From a virus, in IMG/VR virus record IMGVR_UViG_3300045988_073633, positions 1-56,177 of that record: a stretch of 56,177 nucleotides of DNA, one strand, 5' to 3'. The notes beneath the pieces were generated by a model. It was given only the letters and a program-made list of their open reading frames with translations. It was not told the DNA's origin and did no database searches. A program made the position numbers and the translations under genes. This document shows, in pieces, positions 1-7,897 of this stretch (the stretch's first letter is position 1; each line of letters starts with the position of its first letter).

Positions 1-75
1 CTTTTTTTTTCGATGTATCTAAAATAACTGTCAACTATTTTATTCTGTGCTTCGTATAGTAATATCTCATAGTAC
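1..75. repeat. Terminal overlap, identical to 56103..56177 (circular or permuted assembly; unit length 56,102 bp)
   Basis: 75/75 nt identity read directly at both window ends. Confidence 0.9.
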
Positions 76-332
76 CGATCAAGCAGCTCAAAAGAAGATT
101 TACTTTCAAAAACTATCTTCTCAATTTCCCACATTGAGAAATTCATTTCTTTTTGACAATATGTCTCAACTAATTCCTTTGCTCTTGATGTGCATTGTAG
201 TAGTATCGGTATATTGTTTCTTTTTAACGCTATTTTACATACATCACAATATGCATTTACAACATTTTCATCTATTCCATTAGTTGATATGTATTGTTCG
301 CAATCAGATATTATCTCTTTCAATTCTTGCAT
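1..332 (-). CDS. terL: Terminase large subunit, N-terminal segment (same ORF as 54710..56177, joined across the circular junction)
   Basis: ATG at 332 (alternative TTG at 341, 9 nt after SD GGAGGT). The frame is open to position 1 and continues in frame at 56102. 332+1393 nt = 1725 nt, 574 aa. Confidence 0.8.
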   Translation of the reverse strand, partial: MQELKEIISDCEQYISTNGIDENVVNAYCDVCKIALKRNNIPILLQCTSRAKELVETYCQKEMNFSMWEIEKIVFESKSSFELLDRYYEILLYEAQNKIVDSYFRYIEKK

Positions 333-440
333 TGTTGCCAAAATATAAGCACCTCCACTTTTCAGCAAAGGTGCTTATAGACCTCTGCCTATAATTGTTC
401 TAGGGTAGCGACTAACTCCTGTTGTTAGCCGGTTAGTTAT

Positions 441-824
441 TTATTTGATATCAATGTCCGGTGCAATTCTTTCCGGATAAAACACTAACTGATAATGATA
501 CTTATCCGTTCCGGTTGGTTCTGTCTGCTCCATAACATAGCAAGTCCAATCATTCAGATAAATATAATCTTTGTAGTATGTATTCTCGCCTGTCTTAATC
601 GTAATCACAAGCTCATTGTTACTGTTATTGCTAAGATCCATATATCCTTCTGCCTGCAGCATAATGGTATCTGTTCTTGCGTTTGTTACAGTAATCTTCC
701 TGTATAAATTAAATTCATTTGCATCTTTTGTAAGGTTGTGATTTACTGTATCCGCTGTAGTGCATCCCACTAGACTTAAAGAAATACATACAATCATAAT
801 CAGTGACATAATTTTCTTTTTCAT
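441..824 (-). CDS. Lipoprotein (possible surface or exclusion moron)
   Basis: Internal Met preceded by SD GGAAAGGAA. Signal peptide plus lipobox: MKKKIMSLIMIVCISLSLVGC. Confidence 0.55.
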   Translation of the reverse strand: MKKKIMSLIMIVCISLSLVGCTTADTVNHNLTKDANEFNLYRKITVTNARTDTIMLQAEGYMDLSNNSNNELVITIKTGENTYYKDYIYLNDWTCYVMEQTEPTGTDKYHYQLVFYPERIAPDIDIK

Positions 825-847
825 AAAAAATTCCTTTCCGCTAATAA

Positions 848-1075
848 TCAGCAATTTATCTTTATTCCCTCTGTCAACACTTCTGTCTTATCATTATTCT
901 GAACCAAATTACCATCTTTTCCCTCCTTATGCCATTGAGCATCTACGGTAATCATTGGTTCTCTACCGACATGGCCGCTAAAATGTAATTCCATATCGGT
1001 ACAGCTTACTTTTTTGCCGTCAATAAACACTTGTGCAGTTTTGCCATCGGATATTATCTTGATTTTCTCATTCAT
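848..1075 (-). CDS. Hypothetical protein
   Basis: ORF track 848..1108. Met-12 has an SD and avoids overlap with the upstream ORF. Confidence 0.4.
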   Translation of the reverse strand: MNEKIKIISDGKTAQVFIDGKKVSCTDMELHFSGHVGREPMITVDAQWHKEGKDGNLVQNNDKTEVLTEGIKINC

Positions 1076-1257
1076 TCTTCCACCAACTTCCTGCCGCAGA
1101 TAGGGCAATAGTTAATTTCGAATTCTCCCTCTCCGTATTCATCACAGCTGTTGTCATAACATAGTTTAAAATATCCATATGATTTTATTATATACGCATT
1201 GCCGTATGTATATCCATTTTCAATTGTCTCCTTTTTACCATCACAAAATTTACACAT
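1072..1257 (-). CDS. Small zinc-ribbon protein
   Basis: CxxC at both ends (CKFCDG ... CPICGRK). Confidence 0.45.
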   Translation of the reverse strand: MCKFCDGKKETIENGYTYGNAYIIKSYGYFKLCYDNSCDEYGEGEFEINYCPICGRKLVEE

Positions 1258-1266
1258 ATCATAACC

Positions 1267-1527
1267 TCAAATTTTCGTAAAAATATCCAGATCGTAATTG
1301 TCCCGGATATGGTAAACCACTTCACACAATTTCTCTTTCACAAATTTATCATTGGCAATATCCGGATGGCAATAAAACATGCAACTATCTTTCTTTCCAT
1401 GTTCCTTGTACTTACGATAGTCAAATGTCATTGTAAAAATTGGTATTCTTGTTAAATTTTTTGTTTTCTTTCGTATGTATAAATTCCAAATTTTTTCAAA
1501 CATAGTTACCATCCACTTTGATACCAT
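1267..1527 (-). CDS. Hypothetical protein
   Basis: ORF track, co-directional packing. Confidence 0.4.
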   Translation of the reverse strand: MVSKWMVTMFEKIWNLYIRKKTKNLTRIPIFTMTFDYRKYKEHGKKDSCMFYCHPDIANDKFVKEKLCEVVYHIRDNYDLDIFTKI

Positions 1528-1547
1528 TACACCATATCTGCATAATT

Positions 1548-1742
1548 TTATTTTTTTTCAATGAATACACCCTTTGGAAATTCCTTATCCTCCAAAAGCA
1601 TTTTCAGATATTTTCTAAAAGTTGGTACACTCATTTCTGCACCTTTTGCTGCTTCTACTTGATTTCTATAAAATCCGCTCAAATAATTAACAACAACTTC
1701 AGAAAACTTATCCGGATCAATATAATGATGTTTCCTCGCCAT
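1548..1742 (-). CDS. Small putative HTH protein
   Basis: 64 aa. The segment GAEMSVPTFRKYLKML looks like helix-turn-helix. Confidence 0.4.
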   Translation of the reverse strand: MARKHHYIDPDKFSEVVVNYLSGFYRNQVEAAKGAEMSVPTFRKYLKMLLEDKEFPKGVFIEKK

Positions 1743-1982
1743 AGCATTCTCTCCTTGAACATCTGAATATTACTACACCTAGATATAAATTTGCGAGGGG
1801 AGGGGTGTGCAAATAATATCTAGGTGTGTATCTTACGTATAATTGCAATCAATCTGATTGCTAACCCTACCGGATCTTGTGACGATCCTTTAATCAGCTT
1901 TCCGCTAGTAGGTGAAAGGAGGACAAACACGAATATCGTTTGTCTCAAATAACAGCCGAGATGAAAAAAGCTGTTATTCTAT

Positions 1983-2050
1983 TGAAAGATATGGGATTCG
2001 AACCCATTGATTGACAATTACTATTGTCTAATCTTCCAAACTAATCTTTC
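1983..2050 (-). other. tRNA-like pseudo-element (non-canonical, probably not a functional tRNA)
   Basis: Perfect 7-bp acceptor (GAAAGAT/ATCTTTC), T-arm ATGGG-TTCGAAT-CCCAT and a D-arm-like GTTT..AGAC. The anticodon arm is a 6-bp stem with a 4-nt loop, and the total is only about 67 nt. Confidence 0.25.
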
Positions 2051-2053
2051 TTT

Positions 2054-2380
2054 CTAATCTTTGAAATTTTCCATTTCATTAATGCTCATGCCAACTATTC
2101 CGGCAGATCCATCACTATCTGTATGCTTAAAAAATTCTCCGTCTTGTGGCCACATATATCGAAACATCGCATAATTGGCAACGTCCAGCAAGTATTCAGT
2201 GTTTTTAGTTTCTTCAAACTTCTTCAAGCACTTTTTCAGACTTCCTATTGCATCAACATTTCCAGTTGCAAAGTTCCTACCGGCTTTGCCATACTTATAA
2301 TAACTCTGGACTACTAATGCTTTTCTTTTTTCGTCAAACTGTTGGCTATAATCAGTTTTCAAAATTTCCTCACTGGTCAC
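2054..2380 (-). CDS. Hypothetical all-alpha protein, translationally coupled to the MazG-like gene (possibly an NTP-pyrophosphohydrolase-related helper)
   Basis: ATGA overlap with the upstream ORF. Family assignment is tentative. Confidence 0.45.
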   Translation of the reverse strand: MTSEEILKTDYSQQFDEKRKALVVQSYYKYGKAGRNFATGNVDAIGSLKKCLKKFEETKNTEYLLDVANYAMFRYMWPQDGEFFKHTDSDGSAGIVGMSINEMENFKD

Positions 2381-2760
2381 TATATATCACCTTCCTTGCG
2401 ATGATTAGCCAAATACGTATCAAATCCTTCCGGATACCTTGCTTTCAGTTTATCAACATTTGTCTGCAATACATCGTCAAGATCAAATCCAGCAGATTCA
2501 CAGATCATAGCAACATACCACATTACATCGCCAATTTCTTTTTTCAGATGCTCCTTGTCAAGTTCCTTTTCGTGAAATACCCACTTCTTAATCATGTCTA
2601 AGGTTTCACCAGATTCACCCGCAAGTCCTAAGCATCCGTTTATTAATCCCCCAAAATCAACTACTGTATTTTCATCCCTGCTTGTCAAAAATCCTAATCT
2701 TTCTGTTGCCTCACCGTCATTAGTCCTCATTGCTAATTTCTGATACTCGTTTCCTTCCAT
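2380..2760 (-). CDS. MazG-like nucleoside triphosphate pyrophosphohydrolase
   Basis: Motifs LAGESGE...KKEIGDVMWYV...KLKARY are typical of the all-alpha MazG family. Confidence 0.7.
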   Translation of the reverse strand: MEGNEYQKLAMRTNDGEATERLGFLTSRDENTVVDFGGLINGCLGLAGESGETLDMIKKWVFHEKELDKEHLKKEIGDVMWYVAMICESAGFDLDDVLQTNVDKLKARYPEGFDTYLANHRKEGDI

Positions 2761-2777
2761 TTTACTTGACCTCCAAT

Positions 2778-2969
2778 CTATTCATACCGGATCGGTATAA
2801 AAACAAATGTTAACGGATACATAATCAAATTCTTCAATCCTATCTTCGGTTTATTGCCGTATACCCTTCTACTCGCTACAGATACAAGATATATTCCCTT
2901 AAACAGTTTAATCACTCTGAAATCCCTATATAGTTCTATCATTTGTCTTGTATTAACTCTTTTAAGCAT
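2778..2969 (-). CDS. Hypothetical protein
   Basis: ORF track with SD AAAGGGGA upstream. No recognisable motif. Confidence 0.3.
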   Translation of the reverse strand: MLKRVNTRQMIELYRDFRVIKLFKGIYLVSVASRRVYGNKPKIGLKNLIMYPLTFVFIPIRYE

Positions 2970-3309
2970 TTCATATATCCCCTTTTTAATACTTATAAAG
3001 GTACCTGTTACCTCACAGTTATTATTTACATAGGCCTTTTTATTTTTGGCGGTTATTTTAGGGACTTAGTAAGACCATTCTCACTCTTCACATAAACCCC
3101 CTCCCCCTCTTGATCCGAGACCTGTTGTTGCTTCACCGTTTCAAAACTAAGGTTTTAATTATCAGACAAATTATATAATTGTGTGTGAGTATTCATGAGC
3201 TAGCGGAAAAATGTTGATTTATCCGCATTTACCCATATACTTTGGTGCTAAAAACCTTGTAAATATTAGGTTTATAATTGTGTGCCATTTTTATACAATT
3301 TCGAGTGCT

Positions 3310-3906
3310 CTAATCGCTGGCATCATCAATTAATTGTGTCCCGTTTTTGTTCAATTTAGCCTTGATATCTTCGATTGATAAAGCTGCTTTTCTGGTTGTC
3401 TGCTCTCTTACACCTGGCATATTCCATGCATGTCTTTTATTCAGTGCTGGTAGATACTTCATCGGATTATTGCGCCTATCTTTCATCAGTGCAAATAAAG
3501 ATTCCTCATTGTCCATCATAATTTTTTGCGACAAAGAAGAGAATCGACCGCTTAGCTCCTCATCTCTCCAGCAGTGCAGCGTTTCAGTTGTCATGCCTAC
3601 CATGTCGCAGAAACCTTTCTGAGTTATCTCTTGACAGTGAGTATTACAAAGTCTTTTATATATATATTCATAAATATACTCTATATATTCAATATTATAT
3701 CCTACTCTATCTGAAGTATAGTATATACTTTTATTTGGATAAAATACTTTAATATTTAACTCAGTTATAATATCATTCCATACGGTCGGTGGGATATCGC
3801 TTTCGTCATAGCCGTACATTACGCAGTAGCTCTGAACAGTAGAACGCGCCAGCTCTGGTAGATCTTCAATATTCACTTTCCCTGTCTGATCTTCTACTTT
3901 CTGCAT
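3310..3906 (-). CDS. terS: Putative terminase small subunit
   Basis: Met-41 of the tracked ORF follows SD GGGAGGA. HTH-like GFCDMVGMTTETLHCW and a C-terminal NPMKYLPALNKRHAWNMPG resemble TerS. It is the first gene after the large AT-rich gap. Confidence 0.45.
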   Translation of the reverse strand: MQKVEDQTGKVNIEDLPELARSTVQSYCVMYGYDESDIPPTVWNDIITELNIKVFYPNKSIYYTSDRVGYNIEYIEYIYEYIYKRLCNTHCQEITQKGFCDMVGMTTETLHCWRDEELSGRFSSLSQKIMMDNEESLFALMKDRRNNPMKYLPALNKRHAWNMPGVREQTTRKAALSIEDIKAKLNKNGTQLIDDASD

Positions 3907-4398
3907 GGCTGCATCCTCCCAATTTTTAAAATAAAAAATGAGAAATAATAAATATACAGTCTTGAAGGATTTTGAAAACTTGGTTAACAGTTCAAAGTAT
4001 AGACTATATATTTTATTAAATCTCACGTAATACCATAACGGCTATAAGACATATATATCATACATCAACTATGTAGTCAATAACTATTTTAAAAAATTTA
4101 CATTTTAATTTTATATATTAAATTTTATATAAATATTTATATATTTTAAATGATTTAGATTATTAATAAATAATAAAGCAGAATAAATAACAGAATAACA
4201 GTATCAGAAATCAGTATCAGAAACAGATGCTTATATGGGGTATGTATACCCCTTATATGGGGCATATTTTTCTTACATATTTACGTCAATAATCGTTGAA
4301 TAATCGTAATACAATTTATCTATGTATAGTATTGTTTTACCTTGTTACTGATTTCGGGTGTTTTGCTCTATATTTGTTGAATTTATAAAAAATTGAAG

Positions 4399-4427
4399 TT
4401 GACAGATCAGTAAAAATTATGTATAAT
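4399..4427 (+). promoter_or_regulatory. Consensus sigma-A-type promoter with no ORF downstream
   Basis: TTGACA, 17 nt spacer, TATAAT read directly. Confidence 0.5.
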
Positions 4428-4433
4428 TCTAAA

Positions 4434-4530
4434 CATAATATAACCATGTTGGAATGTTAAAAAGAACAATTTCCAATATTTTATAATTTAACCAAACTGG
4501 AAAGAGGAGCCTGCATGCTCCTCTTTTATT
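4434..4530 (+). ncRNA. Candidate small RNA of about 100 nt (promoter to intrinsic terminator)
   Basis: Bounded by the consensus promoter and the hairpin plus T-tract. Internal TTGGAA/TTCCAA hairpin. Only a 4-codon ORF. Confidence 0.35.
4503..4530. terminator. Intrinsic terminator shared by convergent transcripts
   Basis: AGAGGAGC-CTGCAT-GCTCCTCT followed by TTTTATT. Confidence 0.6.
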
Positions 4531-4538
4531 CTCAATAT

Positions 4539-4802
4539 TTACAAATTATCGAACATTCCAGTATTTATACAATCCGCAGCTTCTGCTTGCGTTGTAAATC
4601 TACCTAGAACTCTACCATTCCCGCAATTCACAGCAACAGATCTACCGTTACGATCTGTAACTGAATACACCCACAAAGCGTACCTATAACCGTCTGACAT
4701 GCTAGGAACTCCTCCTTGCATATCATCATAATCACAAACCCGCATCTTTGTGCTTGTTCTTTTCTCCAACTCGGCAACCGCCTTTTCTAATTTTCTCATC
4801 AT
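4539..4802 (-). CDS. Hypothetical protein
   Basis: ORF track, SD AAAGGGGA. Last gene of the RHH operon. Confidence 0.5.
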   Translation of the reverse strand: MMRKLEKAVAELEKRTSTKMRVCDYDDMQGGVPSMSDGYRYALWVYSVTDRNGRSVAVNCGNGRVLGRFTTQAEAADCINTGMFDNL

Positions 4803-4851
4803 ATTATCCCCTTTCTGCCCTCGTTACCTCCGGGGCGGTTTCTGATTTTTT

Positions 4852-5148
4852 CTATTCTACACATGGATGTATATCCGCGCCGTCTTCAATTGCATATAAA
4901 ACAGCTTCGGCTATACTGCCCAATTCAAATCGAGTAAGCACGTCTTGTGCTCCGTACTCGTCACAGTCAACGCACCAATCACCATCAATCTTTCTTAGTG
5001 TGTATTCTGTTGAGTCGCTTTTTAACGTGTCACCGTCTGTAATCTCAATAATTTCTCCAGTTCTGGAGTTCTCAAAAACTCCATCAGAAAGTTGACCGTT
5101 AAACTCTTCCCGGCAGGCTTCGAAGTCCTCGGCTGCTTTCCATAATTT
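4852..5148 (-). pseudogene. Protein-like ORF of about 97 codons lacking a start codon (1-nt frame offset from ATG at 5143)
   Basis: The frame reading WKAAEDFEACREEFNGQLSDG...DIHPCVE is open and protein-like. The only SD+ATG is in the +1 frame and stops after 14 codons. Confidence 0.4.
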
Positions 5149-5197
5149 TCACCCCTGCACCGTTTCCGATGTCCTTTCTTTATGATGTAATCATCAT

Positions 5198-5238
5198 ATC
5201 ATATGTGCATTATATTGTCAATCATATATTGCACATAT
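5198..5238. promoter_or_regulatory. Operator-like repeats downstream of the RHH gene
   Basis: TCATATGTGCATTATATTGTCAA (exact copy also at about 5471) plus an inverted ATATTGCACATAT. Confidence 0.45.
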
Positions 5239-5239
5239 T

Positions 5240-5437
5240 TTACTTTTTTTGATACTTTTCCATTTTGTCAAGCTCAGTTGATATCACTTCCTTAATAAAT
5301 GTACCCGGCTTTTCAATTCCGAGCCGCTCCATGCGTTCTCTCGTGCCGGCTGGGAATATAATATTTATACGGTCATTTCTTTTTTCGTACGCTCTTGACG
5401 CTCTAAGCTGCGCCACGCTTGTCTTGTTTTCGCTCAT
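5240..5437 (-). CDS. Ribbon-helix-helix (Arc/CopG-like) regulator
   Basis: 65 aa. Beta-strand RINIIFP followed by two helices. Flanked by its probable operator repeats. Confidence 0.6.
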   Translation of the reverse strand: MSENKTSVAQLRASRAYEKRNDRINIIFPAGTRERMERLGIEKPGTFIKEVISTELDKMEKYQKK

Positions 5438-5470
5438 TTTCCAAAACCTCCGTTTTTTCTTTATATAGTA

Positions 5471-5585
5471 TCATATGTGCATTATATTGTCAAGCGTATA
5501 TGTGCATTATACATATTGCACAATAAACCCTTCTTATATGTGCAATATTTTGTCATTTTTACATCTTGTATATGTGCAATATAAA
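5471..5585. promoter_or_regulatory. Divergent promoter region with five copies of a TATGTGCA(A/T)TAT operator motif
   Basis: Copies at about 5471, 5496, 5513 (inverted), 5535 and 5568. Confidence 0.5.
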
Positions 5586-5635
5586 TGCTATTATATATAC
5601 AAGTTAAGAAAAAGAAAAACAAGGAGGATAAACAC

Positions 5636-5749
5636 ATGAAAGCATATAAGGTAGAGGACAAGGAAACAAAGTTAATTATAGGCATTTTGGTTATGACACC
5701 AGAGCAGGCAAGAAAAGCCGAGCGGGATTTTATAATAAAAGAAGTCTAA
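5636..5749 (+). CDS. Small hypothetical protein (37 aa)
   Basis: SD AAGGAGG 6 nt before the ATG. Followed by GC-rich hairpins. Confidence 0.35.
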   Translation: MKAYKVEDKETKLIIGILVMTPEQARKAERDFIIKEV

Positions 5750-5909
5750 GCCGAAACGCCGCAAGGCGTCAGCCGGGAATGGTTCCCCGGCTCTGATGAT
5801 GGCAGGCTAGAAAAAAGCCGGTTGCAGGTCCTCCAGATCACGCAGCCGGCACCAATCAAAAAAGAAAGGTAAGCCAATTATATCATAGTTGGCGAAAAGG
5901 TAAAATGCT

Positions 5910-6143
5910 ATGAAGATTGTAAAGATAAAAACATATGATAATAAAAACATCTTTATAGAACAAGCTATTAATTCAAGAAATGATGTTTTGAAAGTCATTG
6001 AGGTCTTAAAAAAATATATATTAGGTCTTCGCTCTGATTTAATGAACGAAAGATTAATATATCAAAGAGAAAGCAGAGAAATAGAACTTATAAACGCAAT
6101 AAATTATTATGATTCAATCGCTGAATCATTAGAAAGGGGTTAA
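5910..6143 (+). CDS. Hypothetical protein
   Basis: ORF track. Confidence 0.45.
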   Translation: MKIVKIKTYDNKNIFIEQAINSRNDVLKVIEVLKKYILGLRSDLMNERLIYQRESREIELINAINYYDSIAESLERG

Positions 6144-6145
6144 TT

Positions 6146-6304
6146 ATGACAGTTTACAGAATTAAAATCACAGGCACAGAATACAACGAAGATTACACAT
6201 TCACAGAGCCAGCAGAGGGAGATATCAGAGAAGAAATCGCCGCAGCTTTAGAAGAGATGAAAAAGGGCAATATTGACAGTTTAGAGATTAAAAAGGAGGC
6301 TTAA
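6146..6304 (+). CDS. Small hypothetical protein (52 aa, below the ORF-track cutoff)
   Basis: SD AAAGGGG. Abuts neighbouring ORFs with gaps of 2 and 1 nt. Confidence 0.45.
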   Translation: MTVYRIKITGTEYNEDYTFTEPAEGDIREEIAAALEEMKKGNIDSLEIKKEA

Positions 6305-6305
6305 A

Positions 6306-6560
6306 ATGATTATAGGAACATTGATTGACGGCACAAAATGCGTCTACGATTTACCAAGCAACATAAAGACAGCCGAGGAAATGGAGAGCCTTATATATAG
6401 CTACAATAACGGAAGAATGGCAGAAAGCCAGAGAGAAGAATTATATAACCAGCCTAAGTTATTAGGTTTAAATGGTCCGATGTGGAACGGCTGGGGAACG
6501 CTTAAAAGCACAGGCGAAACGGTTGCAATTATCCGTTACGAAAAGCCAGAAAGATTTTAA
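6306..6560 (+). CDS. Hypothetical protein
   Basis: ORF track, SD AAGGAGG. Confidence 0.5.
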   Translation: MIIGTLIDGTKCVYDLPSNIKTAEEMESLIYSYNNGRMAESQREELYNQPKLLGLNGPMWNGWGTLKSTGETVAIIRYEKPERF

Positions 6561-6574
6561 GGAGGGTTAATATT

Positions 6575-7015
6575 ATGAAGACAATCAAATTACAAGGAAT
6601 ACACACACCACAAAAAGCAATTCCGGCGGCAGAATTAAAGCCAGGAATGGTTACAGTTTGGAATTTTGGTTACACTTCCACGGTTAAAAGCGTGGAGCCT
6701 ACTAAGAGCGGAAAAAGCGTTAAATGCGTTATTATTTCCGACGAAAGCGGGAACGAACATATTAGAACAATGCGCACTGATAGGCTTGTAGCGGTTAAAG
6801 AAGAAGAACCAAATAGTCCGATTGATAAAGCAATAGCAAATAGGGCTAAAACATATAGCGGTATTTATAGAGATGTCGGCACAGCATTAGACACTTTTAG
6901 CACTTCGGAGCTTGCAGAATATTATATACAGCGTTTCGGAGATAGCGCACTACGTTATTTTCTCGAACAGGGAATAATTGCTGCAGAAATCAACAAAGAA
7001 AAAGAATCAATTTAA
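6575..7015 (+). CDS. Hypothetical protein
   Basis: ORF track, SD AGGAGGG. Confidence 0.55.
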   Translation: MKTIKLQGIHTPQKAIPAAELKPGMVTVWNFGYTSTVKSVEPTKSGKSVKCVIISDESGNEHIRTMRTDRLVAVKEEEPNSPIDKAIANRAKTYSGIYRDVGTALDTFSTSELAEYYIQRFGDSALRYFLEQGIIAAEINKEKESI

Positions 7016-7032
7016 TAGCAAGGATAACGCTT

Positions 7033-7060
7033 CCGGGGTTCGATGCCCCGGCTTGCTTTT
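7033..7060 (+). terminator. Intrinsic terminator
   Basis: CCGGGG-TTCGATG-CCCCGG followed by a T-rich tail. Confidence 0.55.
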
Positions 7061-7102
7061 ACCCGGATTCCGTGAAATTTTGAAAATATGGAGGTATGGA
7101 AA

Positions 7103-7312
7103 ATGGGAAAAATAGATGTTGATATGTGGCATGGAGCCAAGCCGGGACAGGTGACAGGATTAGACATATATTTTAATGACTTATATGGTGGTTATTCCGG
7201 CAATCTTCGCATTTTTGGGAAAACTGTAGGCGATTATTACGCAGACAGCGTGCAAGACATAGAAAAAGCCTTCCCGCACCTTGCGAAAGAGATTGAAAAA
7301 AGCTTGAACTAG
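7103..7312 (+). CDS. Hypothetical protein
   Basis: Met-6 of the tracked ORF sits 8 nt after GGAGG. Confidence 0.5.
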   Translation: MGKIDVDMWHGAKPGQVTGLDIYFNDLYGGYSGNLRIFGKTVGDYYADSVQDIEKAFPHLAKEIEKSLN

Positions 7313-7328
7313 CCGCCGCAGAGGATGC

Positions 7329-7360
7329 CCGCCGGATCACTACCGGCGGCTCTTTCTTCT
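7329..7360 (+). terminator. Intrinsic terminator
   Basis: GC-rich 7-bp stem (CCGCCGG/CCGGCGG) followed by TCTTTCTTCT. Confidence 0.5.
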
Positions 7361-7397
7361 GTAATGGATAATATTAAAAAAATGGAGGGTATAAATT

Positions 7398-7568
7398 ATG
7401 GAAAACAGAAAGATAAAAAAGATCTTGGACGTTCACAGCGTCCCAAATTTTGAAAAAGAAGGACGAATATATGCCGATTCTATGCTTGCCGGGTCTGATC
7501 TTTTTGAGGATGTAGAAGACCTTACCGGGTGGAGCATGGAAAGGCTCCGGGCGTGGCTTGGATACTAG
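7398..7568 (+). CDS. Small hypothetical protein (56 aa)
   Basis: SD GGAGGG 8 nt upstream. Followed immediately by a terminator. Confidence 0.45.
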   Translation: MENRKIKKILDVHSVPNFEKEGRIYADSMLAGSDLFEDVEDLTGWSMERLRAWLGY

Positions 7569-7589
7569 GGCGCATTTTGCGCCCTTTTT
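7568..7589 (+). terminator. Intrinsic terminator
   Basis: GGGCGC-ATTTT-GCGCCC followed by TTTTT. Confidence 0.65.
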
Positions 7590-7593
7590 ACAG

Positions 7594-7622
7594 TTGAAAA
7601 AATAGCGAAAATGATATATAAT
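7594..7622 (+). promoter_or_regulatory. Sigma-A-type promoter for the 7685 gene
   Basis: TTGAAA, 17 nt spacer, TATAAT. Confidence 0.5.
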
Positions 7623-7684
7623 TTTCTTTAATTATATTTGTGTTTTTAATACTAGAATTATTGAAATTCTGGGGGGTTTAAGTT

Positions 7685-7897
7685 ATGCAAAATATCGAAA
7701 GATTCAAGGGTGATTTATGCGATCAGATCAATAGATTGACCGCGTCTGATTTATATAAATTATGTACAACATTAGACGATAAAGGTCATGAAATTCCGCT
7801 TGAAAATCCTGCAGGGTGTGAACTGTGCATTTCAGTATTCGGTCCATGTAACGCTATTGAGTGCGAAAAAAGGTTTGATAAACTTTGTGAGATGTAA
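7685..7897 (+). CDS. Cys-rich hypothetical protein
   Basis: ORF track, SD GGGGGG. Confidence 0.5.
   Translation: MQNIERFKGDLCDQINRLTASDLYKLCTTLDDKGHEIPLENPAGCELCISVFGPCNAIECEKRFDKLCEM

Noticed and set aside
47-283. A 78-aa plus-strand ORF at the window start.
   Set aside because: The region is occupied on the minus strand by the N-terminal 110 codons of terL, which join in frame across the circular junction.
1983-2050. Possible functional phage tRNA gene.
   Set aside because: The acceptor, D-like and T arms are present. However, the anticodon arm can only form a 6-bp stem with a 4-nt loop, no 7-nt loop is possible, and the total length is about 67 nt. It is kept only as a tRNA-like pseudo-element.
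1796-3112. GAGGGGAGGGG at about 1796 and its near-complement CCCCCTCCCCC at about 3098, considered as inverted repeats bounding an invertible segment that carries the MazG genes.
   Set aside because: Only about 11-13 nt of purine/pyrimidine-run similarity, with no extended flanking homology and no adjacent invertase.
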